Positions 9,914-18,389 of a stretch of DNA of 64,000 bases are shown piece by piece. The notes under the pieces were generated by a model, which saw only the letters and a list, made by a program, of their open reading frames with translations, searched no databases and had not been told where the DNA came from. Every line of letters starts with the position of its first letter. The stretch's first letter is position 1. A program made the translations under genes and the position numbers. Source of the stretch: Stenotrophomonas sp. MMGLT7 (GTDB lineage: Bacteria > Pseudomonadota > Gammaproteobacteria > Xanthomonadales > Xanthomonadaceae); contig NZ_JAJOZS010000003.1 in NCBI RefSeq assembly GCF_021168555.1, positions 276,061 through 340,060 on the forward strand, in the 5' to 3' direction.

Positions 9914-11017
9914 ATGCAGCCCGCAATGACCGTTGCCGCACAGTTCCAGATCGATTTCCTGCAGTACCTCGACGCAGACGGGCAGCGCGTCGGCCAGGCC
10001 GCGCCATCGGCCTTCGCCGACCCGCAGCTGCTGCTGCCCCTGTTCAAGCAGATGCTGGCCGCGCGCGTGTTCGACGCCAAGGCGGTGGCGCTGCAGCGCA
10101 CCGGCAAGCTGGGCACCTATCCTTCCGCGCTCGGCCACGAGGCCACCCACATCGGCATCGGCGCGGCCATGCGCCGGGGCGACGTGTTCGCGCCCAGCTA
10201 CCGCGAGATCGGCACGATGTTCGCGCGCGGCGTGCGCGGGCGCGACGTGCTGCTGTACTGGGGCGGCGACGAGCGCGGCAGCGACTTCCCGCGCGAATCC
10301 GACGCCGCGCGCGACTTCCCGTTCTGCGTGCCGATCTCCACCCAGTGCCTGCACGCGGCCGGCGCGGCGCTGGCGTTCAAGCTGCGCGGCGAGCCGCAGG
10401 TGGCGGTGACCTGCTGCGGCGACGGCGGCAGTTCCAAGACCGACTTCTACGCCGCGCTGAACTCGGCCGGCGCCTACACGCTGCCGCTGATCCTGTGCGT
10501 GATCAACAACGGCTGGGCGATCTCGGTGCCGCGCGCGGCCCAGACCGGTGCGCAGACGCTGGCGCAGAAGGGCATCGCCGGCGGCCTGCACTGCCTGCAG
10601 GTGGACGGCAACGACCTGATCGCGGTACTCGAGGCGATGCACCGGGCGCGCGAGCGCGCGCTGGCCGGCGACGGCGGCAGCGTGATCGAGTTCCTCACCT
10701 ACCGCCTGTCCGACCACACCACCGCCGACGACGCCCGCCGCTACCGCGACGAGGCCGAGGTCAAGGCGGCGTGGGCACGCGAGCCGATGATCCGCCTGCG
10801 CCGCTACCTGACCGCGCAGGGCGTGTGGGACGAGCAGGCCGAGGCCGCCTGGAAGGACGAATGCGCCGCCCGGGTGGACGAGGAGGTCGACGCCTACCTG
10901 GCCACGCCGGTGCAGCCGGTGGCGGCGATGTTCGACCACCTGTATGCCGACCCGCCGCCGGAACTGCTGGCCCAGCGCGCCGCGGCCATTGCCCTGGAGG
11001 AGCAGCGCCATGGATGA
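9914..11017 (+). CDS. 2-oxoacid dehydrogenase E1 component alpha subunit (TPP-dependent; branched-chain/acetoin type)
   Basis: TPP-binding motif …CCGDGGSSKTDFYAALNSAGAYTLPLILCVINNGWAISVP…; start chosen at MQPAM (9914) rather than ORF-track 9803. Confidence 0.85.
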   Translation: MQPAMTVAAQFQIDFLQYLDADGQRVGQAAPSAFADPQLLLPLFKQMLAARVFDAKAVALQRTGKLGTYPSALGHEATHIGIGAAMRRGDVFAPSYREIGTMFARGVRGRDVLLYWGGDERGSDFPRESDAARDFPFCVPISTQCLHAAGAALAFKLRGEPQVAVTCCGDGGSSKTDFYAALNSAGAYTLPLILCVINNGWAISVPRAAQTGAQTLAQKGIAGGLHCLQVDGNDLIAVLEAMHRARERALAGDGGSVIEFLTYRLSDHTTADDARRYRDEAEVKAAWAREPMIRLRRYLTAQGVWDEQAEAAWKDECAARVDEEVDAYLATPVQPVAAMFDHLYADPPPELLAQRAAAIALEEQRHG

Positions 11018-12095
11018 GATCCGCCACAAGAACGCCCCGCTCGACGCCGCCGACGCCGCCGCCCACCACGCCGCCAGCACGCCTGCGGAGGCCCCGATGA
11101 ACACTGCCGCCACGACCACGCCGATCACACTGATCGAGGCCGTCACCCAGGCGCTGGCCTGGGAACTGGAGCACGACCCGTCGGTGCTGGTGCTGGGCGA
11201 GGACGTGGGCGTGAACGGCGGCGTGTTCCGCGCCACCGCCGGGCTGCAGCGCCGGTTCGGCGCCGAGCGCGTGCTCGACACCCCGCTGGACGAGACCACC
11301 ATCGCCGGCCTGGCCGTGGGCCTGGCCGCGCAGGGCATGAAGCCGGTGGCCGAGTCGCAGTTCGACGGTTTCGTCTACCCGATGGTGGACCACCTGGTCA
11401 GCCACGCCGCGCGCCTGCGCAACCGCACCCGCGGCCGTCTGCACTGCCCGATGGTGCTGCGGGTGCCGTGGGGCGGCGGCATCCGCGCCCCGGAGCACCA
11501 CAGCGAGGCCAACGAGAGCCTGTTCACCAACGTGCCCGGCCTGCGCGTGGTGCTGCCGTCCAGCCCGCAGCGCGCCTACGGCCTGCTGCTGGCCGCCATC
11601 CGCGATCCCGACCCGGTGGTGTTCTACGAGCCCAAGCGCATCTACCGCCAGTACAAGGAAGTGGTGGCCGACGACGGCGAGGCGCTGCCGCTGGACGTGT
11701 GCTTCGTGCTGCGCGACGGCAGCGACGTGACCCTGGTGGCGTGGGGCGCGCAGGTCAAGGAGGCGCTGGAGGCGGCCGACAGGCTCGCCGGCGAGGGCAT
11801 CAGCGCCGAGGTCATCGACGTGGCCACGCTGCGGCCGCTGGACTTCGACACCATCGCCGAATCGGTGGCGCGCACCGGCCGCTGCGTGATCGTGCAGGAA
11901 GCCCCGCGTACCGCCGGCTTCGGCGCCGAGATCGCCGCGCGGCTGGCCGAGCAGTCGATGTACGACCTGCTGGCACCGGTGCAGCGCGTCACCGGCTACG
12001 ACACCCATATCCCGCTGTTCCGGCTGGAGATGAAGTACCTGCCGAGCGTCGAGCGCATCGTCGCCGCGGCCAGGCGCGCGCTGGAACATGCTTGA
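11011..12095 (+). CDS. 2-oxoacid dehydrogenase E1 component beta subunit
   Basis: Transketolase-like pyrimidine-binding and C-terminal domains (…VLGEDVGVNGGVFRATAGLQRRFG…ESQFDGFVYPMVDHLV…); ATG overlaps E1alpha stop (ATGGATGA). Alternative start MNTAATTT at 11098 possible. Confidence 0.85.
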
Positions 12096-12459
12096 CGGGA
12101 TGGCATACGCGCGTGTGGTGAGCGCGCATCGCGCACCGCAGCGCCCGCCCATCCGCATCGCCCCGGGCGATGCGGTGACACTGGGCGAGCGCGACACCGA
12201 CTGGCCGCAGTTCGTCTGGACCACGCGGGCCGATGGCCTCGGCGGCTGGGTCCCGGCGGCGCTGTTCGACGCCGCGCGCGGCCCGGCGACGGCGTTGCAG
12301 GTCTACGACACCCGCGAACTGGATGCCGACGCCGGCGAGCTGCTGGCCCTGCAGCACGAGCTGGCGGACTGGTGGTGGGCGCGCAACGCGCGCGGCGACA
12401 GCGGCTGGATCCCGGCGCGCGTGCTCGCCCCCGCCACGGACGCCGGCGCGGCACCATGA
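12088..12459 (+). CDS. small conserved-looking protein between E1beta and E2 (possible SH3-like fold)
   Basis: 123-aa ORF overlapping E1beta stop by 8 nt; GD.V.L…W……GW.P motif; could also be a chance ORF in high-GC DNA. Confidence 0.4.
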   Translation: MLDGMAYARVVSAHRAPQRPPIRIAPGDAVTLGERDTDWPQFVWTTRADGLGGWVPAALFDAARGPATALQVYDTRELDADAGELLALQHELADWWWARNARGDSGWIPARVLAPATDAGAAP

Positions 12460-12528
12460 CCTGACCCCTATCCTGGCCGCCGCGCCGACGCCGGCGGCCC
12501 ATCACCCCCTCCACTTGCCGAGACATCC

Positions 12529-13950
12529 ATGAGCCAGACCAAGAACTTCCGACTGCCCGACCTGGGCGAAGGCCTGCCCGACGCCACCATCGTCGAGTGG
12601 TTCGTCAAGCAGGGCGACAGCATCCGCCTGGACGAGCCGCTGGTCTCGATGGAGACCGCCAAGGCGGTGGTCGAGGTGCCCTCGCCGATCTCGGGCACGG
12701 TGCTCAAGCTGGCCGGCGCGCCGGGCGACGTGATCGTCACCGGCGCGGTGCTGGCGCAGTTCCAGCCCGACCCGAACCTGCCGCAGCGCGCCGAGGGCCA
12801 GGACACCGGCCACGGCCACGGCGCCGGCGAACCGGACCAGGACGCTCCGGCGCAGGCGGCGGCCAGCGACGACGGCGGCCGCCTGGACGAGCGCCCGGCG
12901 CCGTCGCAGGCGCGCGGCGGCATCGACGCGGACCAGGAGCGCGGCGCCGACGCCGGCACCGTGGTCGGCGCGATGCAGGCCTCCGACAGCGTGCACAGCG
13001 AGCGCAGCGTCGCCGTCGGTGGCGTGCGCGCGATGCCGGCGGTGCGCGCGCTGGCCAGGAAGCTGGGCGTGGACCTGGCCCGGGTGCAGCCCAGCGGCCC
13101 GGACGGCACCGCCACCCTGGCCGACGTCAAGCGCGCCGCCGCGGCGGCCCCTGCAGGAGCGACTTCGGTCGCGACCGACGCAGGGGGGAGTTCGGCGGCC
13201 CGCGAAGAGCTCGCGACCGAAGTCGCTCCTGCGGGGGAGAGCCGGCGTTCGCGTACGCCGCTCTCCGCCGCCGGGCGTCCCATGCGCACCCAGCCGCCGG
13301 GCGTGGCCGCCAGCGGCCAGCCCGAGCAGCTCAAGGGCGTGCGCCGCAACATGGCGCGGGTGATGGCCGAGGCGCATGCGCAGGTGGTGGCGACCACGGT
13401 CAGCGACGATGCCGACATCCACGCCTGGACGCCGGGCAACGACGTCACCGCGCGGCTGGTGCGGGCGATCGTGGCCGCCGCGCGCGCGGTGCCGGCGCTC
13501 AATGCCTGGTTCGACGGCGCCGCGCTCACCCGCACCCTGCACCCGCAGGTGGACGTCGGCATCGCCGTGGATACCGACGACGGCCTGTTCGTACCGGCGC
13601 TGCGCAATGCCGACATGCTCGACGCGCGCGGCGTGCGCGAAGGCGTCGACCGCCTGCGCCGGCAGGTGGCCGATCGCAGCATCGCCGCCTCCGAGCTGAC
13701 CGGCTACACCATCTCGCTGAGCAACTTCGGCATGTTCGCCGGCCGCTACGCCACCCCGATCGTGGTGCCGCCGTGCGTGGCCATCGTCGCCGCCGGCCGC
13801 GCCCGCCACCAGATGACCCCGGTGATGGGCGGGGTGGAGGCGCACCGGGTGATCCCGCTGTCGCTGACCTTCGACCACCGTGCCGCCACCGGCGGCGAGG
13901 CGGCGCGCTTCCTGCGCGCGATGCTCGACGACCTGGCGCTGCCGGGCTGA
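12529..13950 (+). CDS. dihydrolipoamide acyltransferase (E2) with single lipoyl domain, E3-binding domain and catalytic domain
   Basis: Lipoyl motif VSMETAKAV, E3-binding AMPAVRALARKLGVDL, catalytic …DHRAATGGEAARFL…; contains in-frame REP in linker (see next feature). Confidence 0.85.
   Translation: MSQTKNFRLPDLGEGLPDATIVEWFVKQGDSIRLDEPLVSMETAKAVVEVPSPISGTVLKLAGAPGDVIVTGAVLAQFQPDPNLPQRAEGQDTGHGHGAGEPDQDAPAQAAASDDGGRLDERPAPSQARGGIDADQERGADAGTVVGAMQASDSVHSERSVAVGGVRAMPAVRALARKLGVDLARVQPSGPDGTATLADVKRAAAAAPAGATSVATDAGGSSAAREELATEVAPAGESRRSRTPLSAAGRPMRTQPPGVAASGQPEQLKGVRRNMARVMAEAHAQVVATTVSDDADIHAWTPGNDVTARLVRAIVAAARAVPALNAWFDGAALTRTLHPQVDVGIAVDTDDGLFVPALRNADMLDARGVREGVDRLRRQVADRSIAASELTGYTISLSNFGMFAGRYATPIVVPPCVAIVAAGRARHQMTPVMGGVEAHRVIPLSLTFDHRAATGGEAARFLRAMLDDLALPG
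13151..13234. repeat. REP-type palindrome embedded in-frame inside E2 inter-domain linker
   Basis: ctgcaggagcgacttcggtcgcga…(36 bp)…tcgcgaccgaagtcgctcctgcgg; translated as …PAGATSVATDAGGSSAAREELATEVAPAG…. Confidence 0.7.
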
Positions 13951-13989
13951 GCACCCGCGCAGCCTCCCCGCAGGAGCGCCGTAGGGGCA

Positions 13990-14071
13990 CCGTAGGGGCA
14001 CCGTAGGAGCGACTTCAGTCGCGATGGGGCTCTACCGGTAGAGCCTCATCGCGACTGAAGTCGCTCCTACA
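13990..14071. repeat. REP-type palindromic element preceded by tandem CCGTAGGGGCAC x2
   Basis: ccgtaggagcgacttcagtcgcgatggggctctaccggtagagcctcatcgcgactgaagtcgctcctac; intergenic between E2 and VOC gene. Confidence 0.8.
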
Positions 14072-14146
14072 GGCGATCCCAGGCTCCGGGGCTGCCGCGG
14101 GGGTGCCGCCGCTACACTCGACATACACCTTCGACGGAGCAGCGCC

Positions 14147-14530
14147 ATGGCCCACCGCAGCCGCCTTGCCGGTTTCATCATCGATTGCCAGGGCGGCGAC
14201 CACGAGGTCGCCGCCGACTTCTGGAGCCAGGCGCTGGGCCTGCCGCGCGGGGCAACCTACGCCGACGGCGACGCCCGCTACACCGAACTGACCGGTGCGC
14301 CGGCGGCGCTGAACATCGAGGTGCAGCAGGTCGGGCATCCCTCGCGCGTGCACCTGGACATCGAGGCCGACGACATCGACGCCGAGGCCGCGCGGCTGGA
14401 GAAGCTCGGCGCGCGCCGCATCGGCTTCGTCAAGCGCTGGTGGGTGATGGAAGCGCCCAGCGGCCAGCGCTTCTGCGTGGTGCGGATGAAGCATCCCGAA
14501 CGCGGCGCCGAACCCAGCACCTGGGAATGA
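14147..14530 (+). CDS. VOC-family (glyoxalase/bleomycin-resistance fold) protein
   Basis: 127-aa ORF; glyoxalase-like pattern (GFIIDCQGGDHEVAADFW…VHLDIEADDIDAEAARLEKLGA). Confidence 0.7.
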   Translation: MAHRSRLAGFIIDCQGGDHEVAADFWSQALGLPRGATYADGDARYTELTGAPAALNIEVQQVGHPSRVHLDIEADDIDAEAARLEKLGARRIGFVKRWWVMEAPSGQRFCVVRMKHPERGAEPSTWE

Positions 14531-14614
14531 AGCGGCCCGGCCGCATGCGCTCGACGCGCGGGGCGCCGCGGTTCCACGGGCGACGACGACGTGGCGCCGC
14601 CCTCCCCCGGCGTT

Positions 14615-14943
14615 TCAGTCCTCGTTGCCGTGCTGCGCCTCGACCGCCGCGGCATCGGCACGCGGCCGGCGCTTTTCCGGCCGGCTGAGGATCTCGACGT
14701 AGAAGCGGTCGTGGCTGGCGGCCACCAGCGCATCGACCGCCGGGATCAGCCCGGCCACGTCCACCACGGCGGCACTGGTCGCGTCGGCGCCCACGCGCAC
14801 GTCGAAGTCCCAGAAATCGGCACCGGCGGGCAGGGCCTTGCGCCGCTCGCGCCGCAGGTACTTGCGGATGTCGTGCTTGCTGGCTTCGAGCAGGCGGTCG
14901 CGGTTCTTGCCCTCGATATCGAGCTGGTAGGTCTTTCTCACGG
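14615..14943 (-). CDS. small basic hypothetical protein (GTG start)
   Basis: VRKTYQLDIEGKNRDRLLEASKHDIRKYLRRERRKALPAGADFWDFDVRVG…; coding-like composition only in the last 109 codons of the 202-aa ORF; GTG at 14943. Confidence 0.45.
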
Positions 14944-15268
14944 AATCTTGTCCTGGCAGGGGTGGAATGCAGCCGGTCGGGCGGCGGACGGATCGTCCGC
15001 CCGGTTCGCGCACCGGCCATGACGGGGCCGGTGCCGCCGGTTCGCACTCCATTATCGGCCCGCCGCGGCATTGCCGCGCCGGCAGCGCAGGCCGGGAGGC
15101 AATCGAACGCCGTGGCGCGGCCGCCGCCGGGCATTGCTGGCAAGGCGCGTTGCGCGAGGACAAGCGGGCTTGGCAAGGCATGATGACTGCGGTTCCAGCG
15201 CAGCGCGCCGCCGCCGCTGGCATTCGGCGGCGGTCGCAGTAGCCGGGAGGCCTGCCCTCGGCCTCCCA

Positions 15269-15679
15269 TCAGTCCGGATTGCGCTGCAGCATCCGCGACG
15301 ACGTGGTGGCCAGGTCCGAGGGGCAGTACACGCGCAGGCGATGGCCGTCCGGGTCCAGCGCCACGCCGGTATGGCCGAAGTCCATCACCGTCGCCTGCTG
15401 GGCGATGCGTGCGCCGCAACGGCGCCAGTGCGCCAGCAGGCCATCGACCTGCACCGGTTCGGGCACGGCGAGCGCCAGTTCGCCGCCACCGCCGCCGCCC
15501 TCGGCGGCCGGCTCGGCTTCCTCGCGCGACCACAGTCCAAGCGCCGGACCGGCATCGAAGGCGAACAGCGCGAAGCCGGGATGCGACTGCACCGGCTCGC
15601 GCTGCAGTGCCGCGCGGTAGAAGGCGACGCTGGCGGGGATGTCGGCGACGTAGAACAGCACCAGGGTGGGCTGGATCAT
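15269..15679 (-). CDS. VOC-family (glyoxalase-like) protein
   Basis: 136-aa ORF, MIQPTLVLFYVADIPASVAFYRAAL… typical glyoxalase N-terminus; directly downstream of yafY-type regulator. Confidence 0.7.
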   Translation of the reverse strand: MIQPTLVLFYVADIPASVAFYRAALQREPVQSHPGFALFAFDAGPALGLWSREEAEPAAEGGGGGGELALAVPEPVQVDGLLAHWRRCGARIAQQATVMDFGHTGVALDPDGHRLRVYCPSDLATTSSRMLQRNPD

Positions 15680-15744
15680 TGCAGGGCTCCGATTGTGCAG
15701 GAGCCCCCATGCTGGCCGCCGCCGCTGTCAGCCGATGGCAGCAG

Positions 15745-16446
15745 TCAGTCCGGCAGGCCGGCATCGATGCCCTGCTCGCGCCGCCACTGCCGCAGCAGCT
15801 GCTGGCGCGGCAGCGGGTAGCGCTCGGCCAGCGCCTGGCAGTCCTCGATGCGGTCCACGCGGAAGTGCCGCAGCGCCTGCCGCCGCTCGCACCAGGCGAC
15901 CAGGATGCGCACCTGCTCGAAGTAGCCCAGCGCGAACGGCCAGACCCGGCGTTCGCTGGCCTGGCCGGCGGCATCGCGATAGTGCAGCCGCAGCACCGCG
16001 CCATCGCGGATCGACTTGCGCAGCAGCGGCAGCCACGGCCGCGCGGTTGCCGGCAGCTCCTCGCCCGGACCGACCAGAAGCGTCACGCTGTCCAGCTGGT
16101 GGCGCACGGCCGGCGGCAGCACCGCGGCGATCTTCGCCAGGCCATCGCGGGCGGCCCCGGCCAGCGCCGGGTCGGTGCGCCGCATCACCCAGCGCAGTCC
16201 CAGCGTCAGCGCCTCCAGTTCCTCGACGTCGAACATCAGCGGCGGCAACGCGAACCCGGGACGCAGCACGTAGCCCACGCCCGCCTCGCCGGCGATGTCC
16301 GCGCCCTGCTGCTGCAGCGTGGCGATGTCGCGGTACAGCGTGCGCAGGCTGACGCCCAGTTCCTCGGCCAGCCGCCGCCCGCTCACCGGCCGCCGGTGGC
16401 GGCGCAGGATCTGCAGCAGCTGCAGCAGGCGTTGAGCACGGGACAT
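15745..16446 (-). CDS. YafY-family transcriptional regulator (HTH + WYL domain)
   Basis: 233 aa; N-terminal HTH (RAQRLLQLLQILRRHRRPVSGRRLAEELGVSLRTLYRDIATLQQQG), central WYL-like block (LRLHYRDAAGQASERRVWPFAL). Confidence 0.8.
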   Translation of the reverse strand: MSRAQRLLQLLQILRRHRRPVSGRRLAEELGVSLRTLYRDIATLQQQGADIAGEAGVGYVLRPGFALPPLMFDVEELEALTLGLRWVMRRTDPALAGAARDGLAKIAAVLPPAVRHQLDSVTLLVGPGEELPATARPWLPLLRKSIRDGAVLRLHYRDAAGQASERRVWPFALGYFEQVRILVAWCERRQALRHFRVDRIEDCQALAERYPLPRQQLLRQWRREQGIDAGLPD

Positions 16447-16779
16447 GGCCGGTCATCATGCCAGAGCCCGGCGCGCGTCCCCGGGCCCGTGCCGCAGGCT
16501 GCTGACGGCGGCTGTCAGCAGGGCGGCGGCGGCCTCGGCGGGGTGCTGGACAACGCCTGCGGCCACGGCAGCGGCCATGACGACGCCAGCCGGCGCCCCG
16601 GGTTCGAGCTGGGCCCGATGGGCCGCGGTACGCCGCAACCGCGCGGCGCTTGCGAACCTGTGCCGCGGCTCCGATCCGGTGGCCATCTAAATCGGCTCGA
16701 CCAACGGCTCGCACGCTGCCCCGCGTGCTGAGGCCTGTTGCACGCCGGCACCGGCCGCTCCGCCAGCGCCCGATAGCCC

Positions 16780-18378
16780 TCAGGCTCGCTGCAGGCCCGG
16801 ATTGCCGTGTTCGATGGCAAACCGCGCAAAGCTCTCCAGCCTGCCGTCGGGCACCATCACCCGGTCGAGGATCTTCAGGTCGCCGGTCCAGACATCGCGG
16901 TCCACGTCGCACAGCACGTAGCCGCGCTTGTCGGTGGTGACCTTCAGGTACGGACTGTGCGCCAGCGTGTTCTCGGCCTGGGCATCGACGCCCAGGCCAT
17001 CGGAGCCGGAGGAGATCGACGTGGCGAGGAACTCGCTGGAGATCACCCCGGAATCGGCGTGGTCCTGCACCAGGTCGCTGGCGTAATGGCGGTGCGCATC
17101 GCCGCACACCGTCACCACGTTCTTGAAGCCCACCTGCCGGATGTGGTCGAGCAGGCGCCGGCGGCTGGAGAGGTAGCCCGACCACTGGTCGTCGGACGTC
17201 ACCGTCGCCCCGCCCTTCTCCCGTGCGTAGTTGCCCAGCGACACCTGGTGGGCGATCACGTGCCAGCGCGGGGCGGCATCGGACAGGCCATCGAACAGCC
17301 ATTTCTCCTGCGCCGCCCCGGTGATGCTGCGCCCGGGCGATTCCACCTCCGCGCGGTTGCCCATGTCGGCCTGCTTGCTGCGGTACTGGCGGGTGTCGAG
17401 CAGATGCAGGTCCAGCAGGTCGCCATAGCGCGCGCGCCGATAGATCTGCATCCGCCCGTCGCGCGGGAACGCCGTGCGCCGCAGCGGCATGTTCTCGTAG
17501 TAGGCCTGGAACGCCTGCGCGCGCCGCAGCAGGAACAGCGGGCCGGGCGTGCCGTCCTGGTCGTCGCCGCCGGCCCAGTTGTTGTCCACCTCGTGATCGT
17601 CGAAGGTGACGAACCACGGCAGCGCCGCATGCGCCGCCTGCAGGTCGGGATCGGTCTTGTACTGCGCGTAGCGGCGCCGGTAGTCGTCCAGCGTGTAGAG
17701 CTGTGGGCCGACATGGTTGCGCAGGTTGGTGAACGGACGGCCGTTCATCTTGCGGATCCGCGTGGGGCTGGTGGCGCCTTCGTAGATGTAGTCGCCGTAA
17801 TGGAACACGAAGTCCAGCGGTTCCTCGGCGATCTTCCGCCACGCGGTGTAGTAGCCCTCCTCGTAGTGCTGGCAACCGGCCACCGCGAAGCGCACGCGCT
17901 GCAACTGCGCACCCCGCGCCGGCAGCGTGCAGGTGCGCGCGGTTCCGGTGTCGTATCCGGCCACGTTGAACCGGTACCAGTACGGGCGCCCCGGCGCCAG
18001 GCCGTCGAGCTCGACGTGGACCGAGTGCCCCAGTTCCGGGTGCGCCAGTGCCGTGCCGCGGCGGATCACCCTGCGGAAGCCTTCGTCGTCGGCCAGTTCC
18101 CAGCCGACGACGATCGGCTGCGTCGGCATGCCGCCGCCGAATTCCAGCGGCTCGGTCGCCAGGCGCGTCCACAGCACCACGCCGTCGGGGGTGGGCTCCC
18201 CCGAGGCCACGCCCAGCGCGAACGGCGTCCTGCCGAACCAGGGCGACTTGAGCAGATTGCGCGGACTCAGGCTGCTGGCGTCCGTCTCGGCCGCCAGCAG
18301 CGATGCCATGCCCATCCATGCGCCCAGCCCGGAAAGGCCGGAAAGCGCGATGAACCGCCGGCGATTGATGCCATTCAC
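16780..18378 (-). CDS. phoD: alkaline phosphatase PhoD (Tat-secreted)
   Basis: GTG start giving (M)NGINRRRFIALSGLSGLGAWMG twin-arginine signal; PhoD metallophosphatase blocks (DFVFHYGDYIYE, FVTFDDHEVDNNW, TVCGDAHRHY). Confidence 0.85.
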   Translation of the reverse strand: MNGINRRRFIALSGLSGLGAWMGMASLLAAETDASSLSPRNLLKSPWFGRTPFALGVASGEPTPDGVVLWTRLATEPLEFGGGMPTQPIVVGWELADDEGFRRVIRRGTALAHPELGHSVHVELDGLAPGRPYWYRFNVAGYDTGTARTCTLPARGAQLQRVRFAVAGCQHYEEGYYTAWRKIAEEPLDFVFHYGDYIYEGATSPTRIRKMNGRPFTNLRNHVGPQLYTLDDYRRRYAQYKTDPDLQAAHAALPWFVTFDDHEVDNNWAGGDDQDGTPGPLFLLRRAQAFQAYYENMPLRRTAFPRDGRMQIYRRARYGDLLDLHLLDTRQYRSKQADMGNRAEVESPGRSITGAAQEKWLFDGLSDAAPRWHVIAHQVSLGNYAREKGGATVTSDDQWSGYLSSRRRLLDHIRQVGFKNVVTVCGDAHRHYASDLVQDHADSGVISSEFLATSISSGSDGLGVDAQAENTLAHSPYLKVTTDKRGYVLCDVDRDVWTGDLKILDRVMVPDGRLESFARFAIEHGNPGLQRA

Positions 18379-18389
18379 GTCGGCCGGCC

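Noticed and set aside
12088-12459. Whether the 123-aa ORF between E1beta and E2 is real
   Set aside because: Not rejected outright: kept at low confidence; it overlaps the E1beta stop and has a loosely SH3-like pattern but could be a chance ORF.
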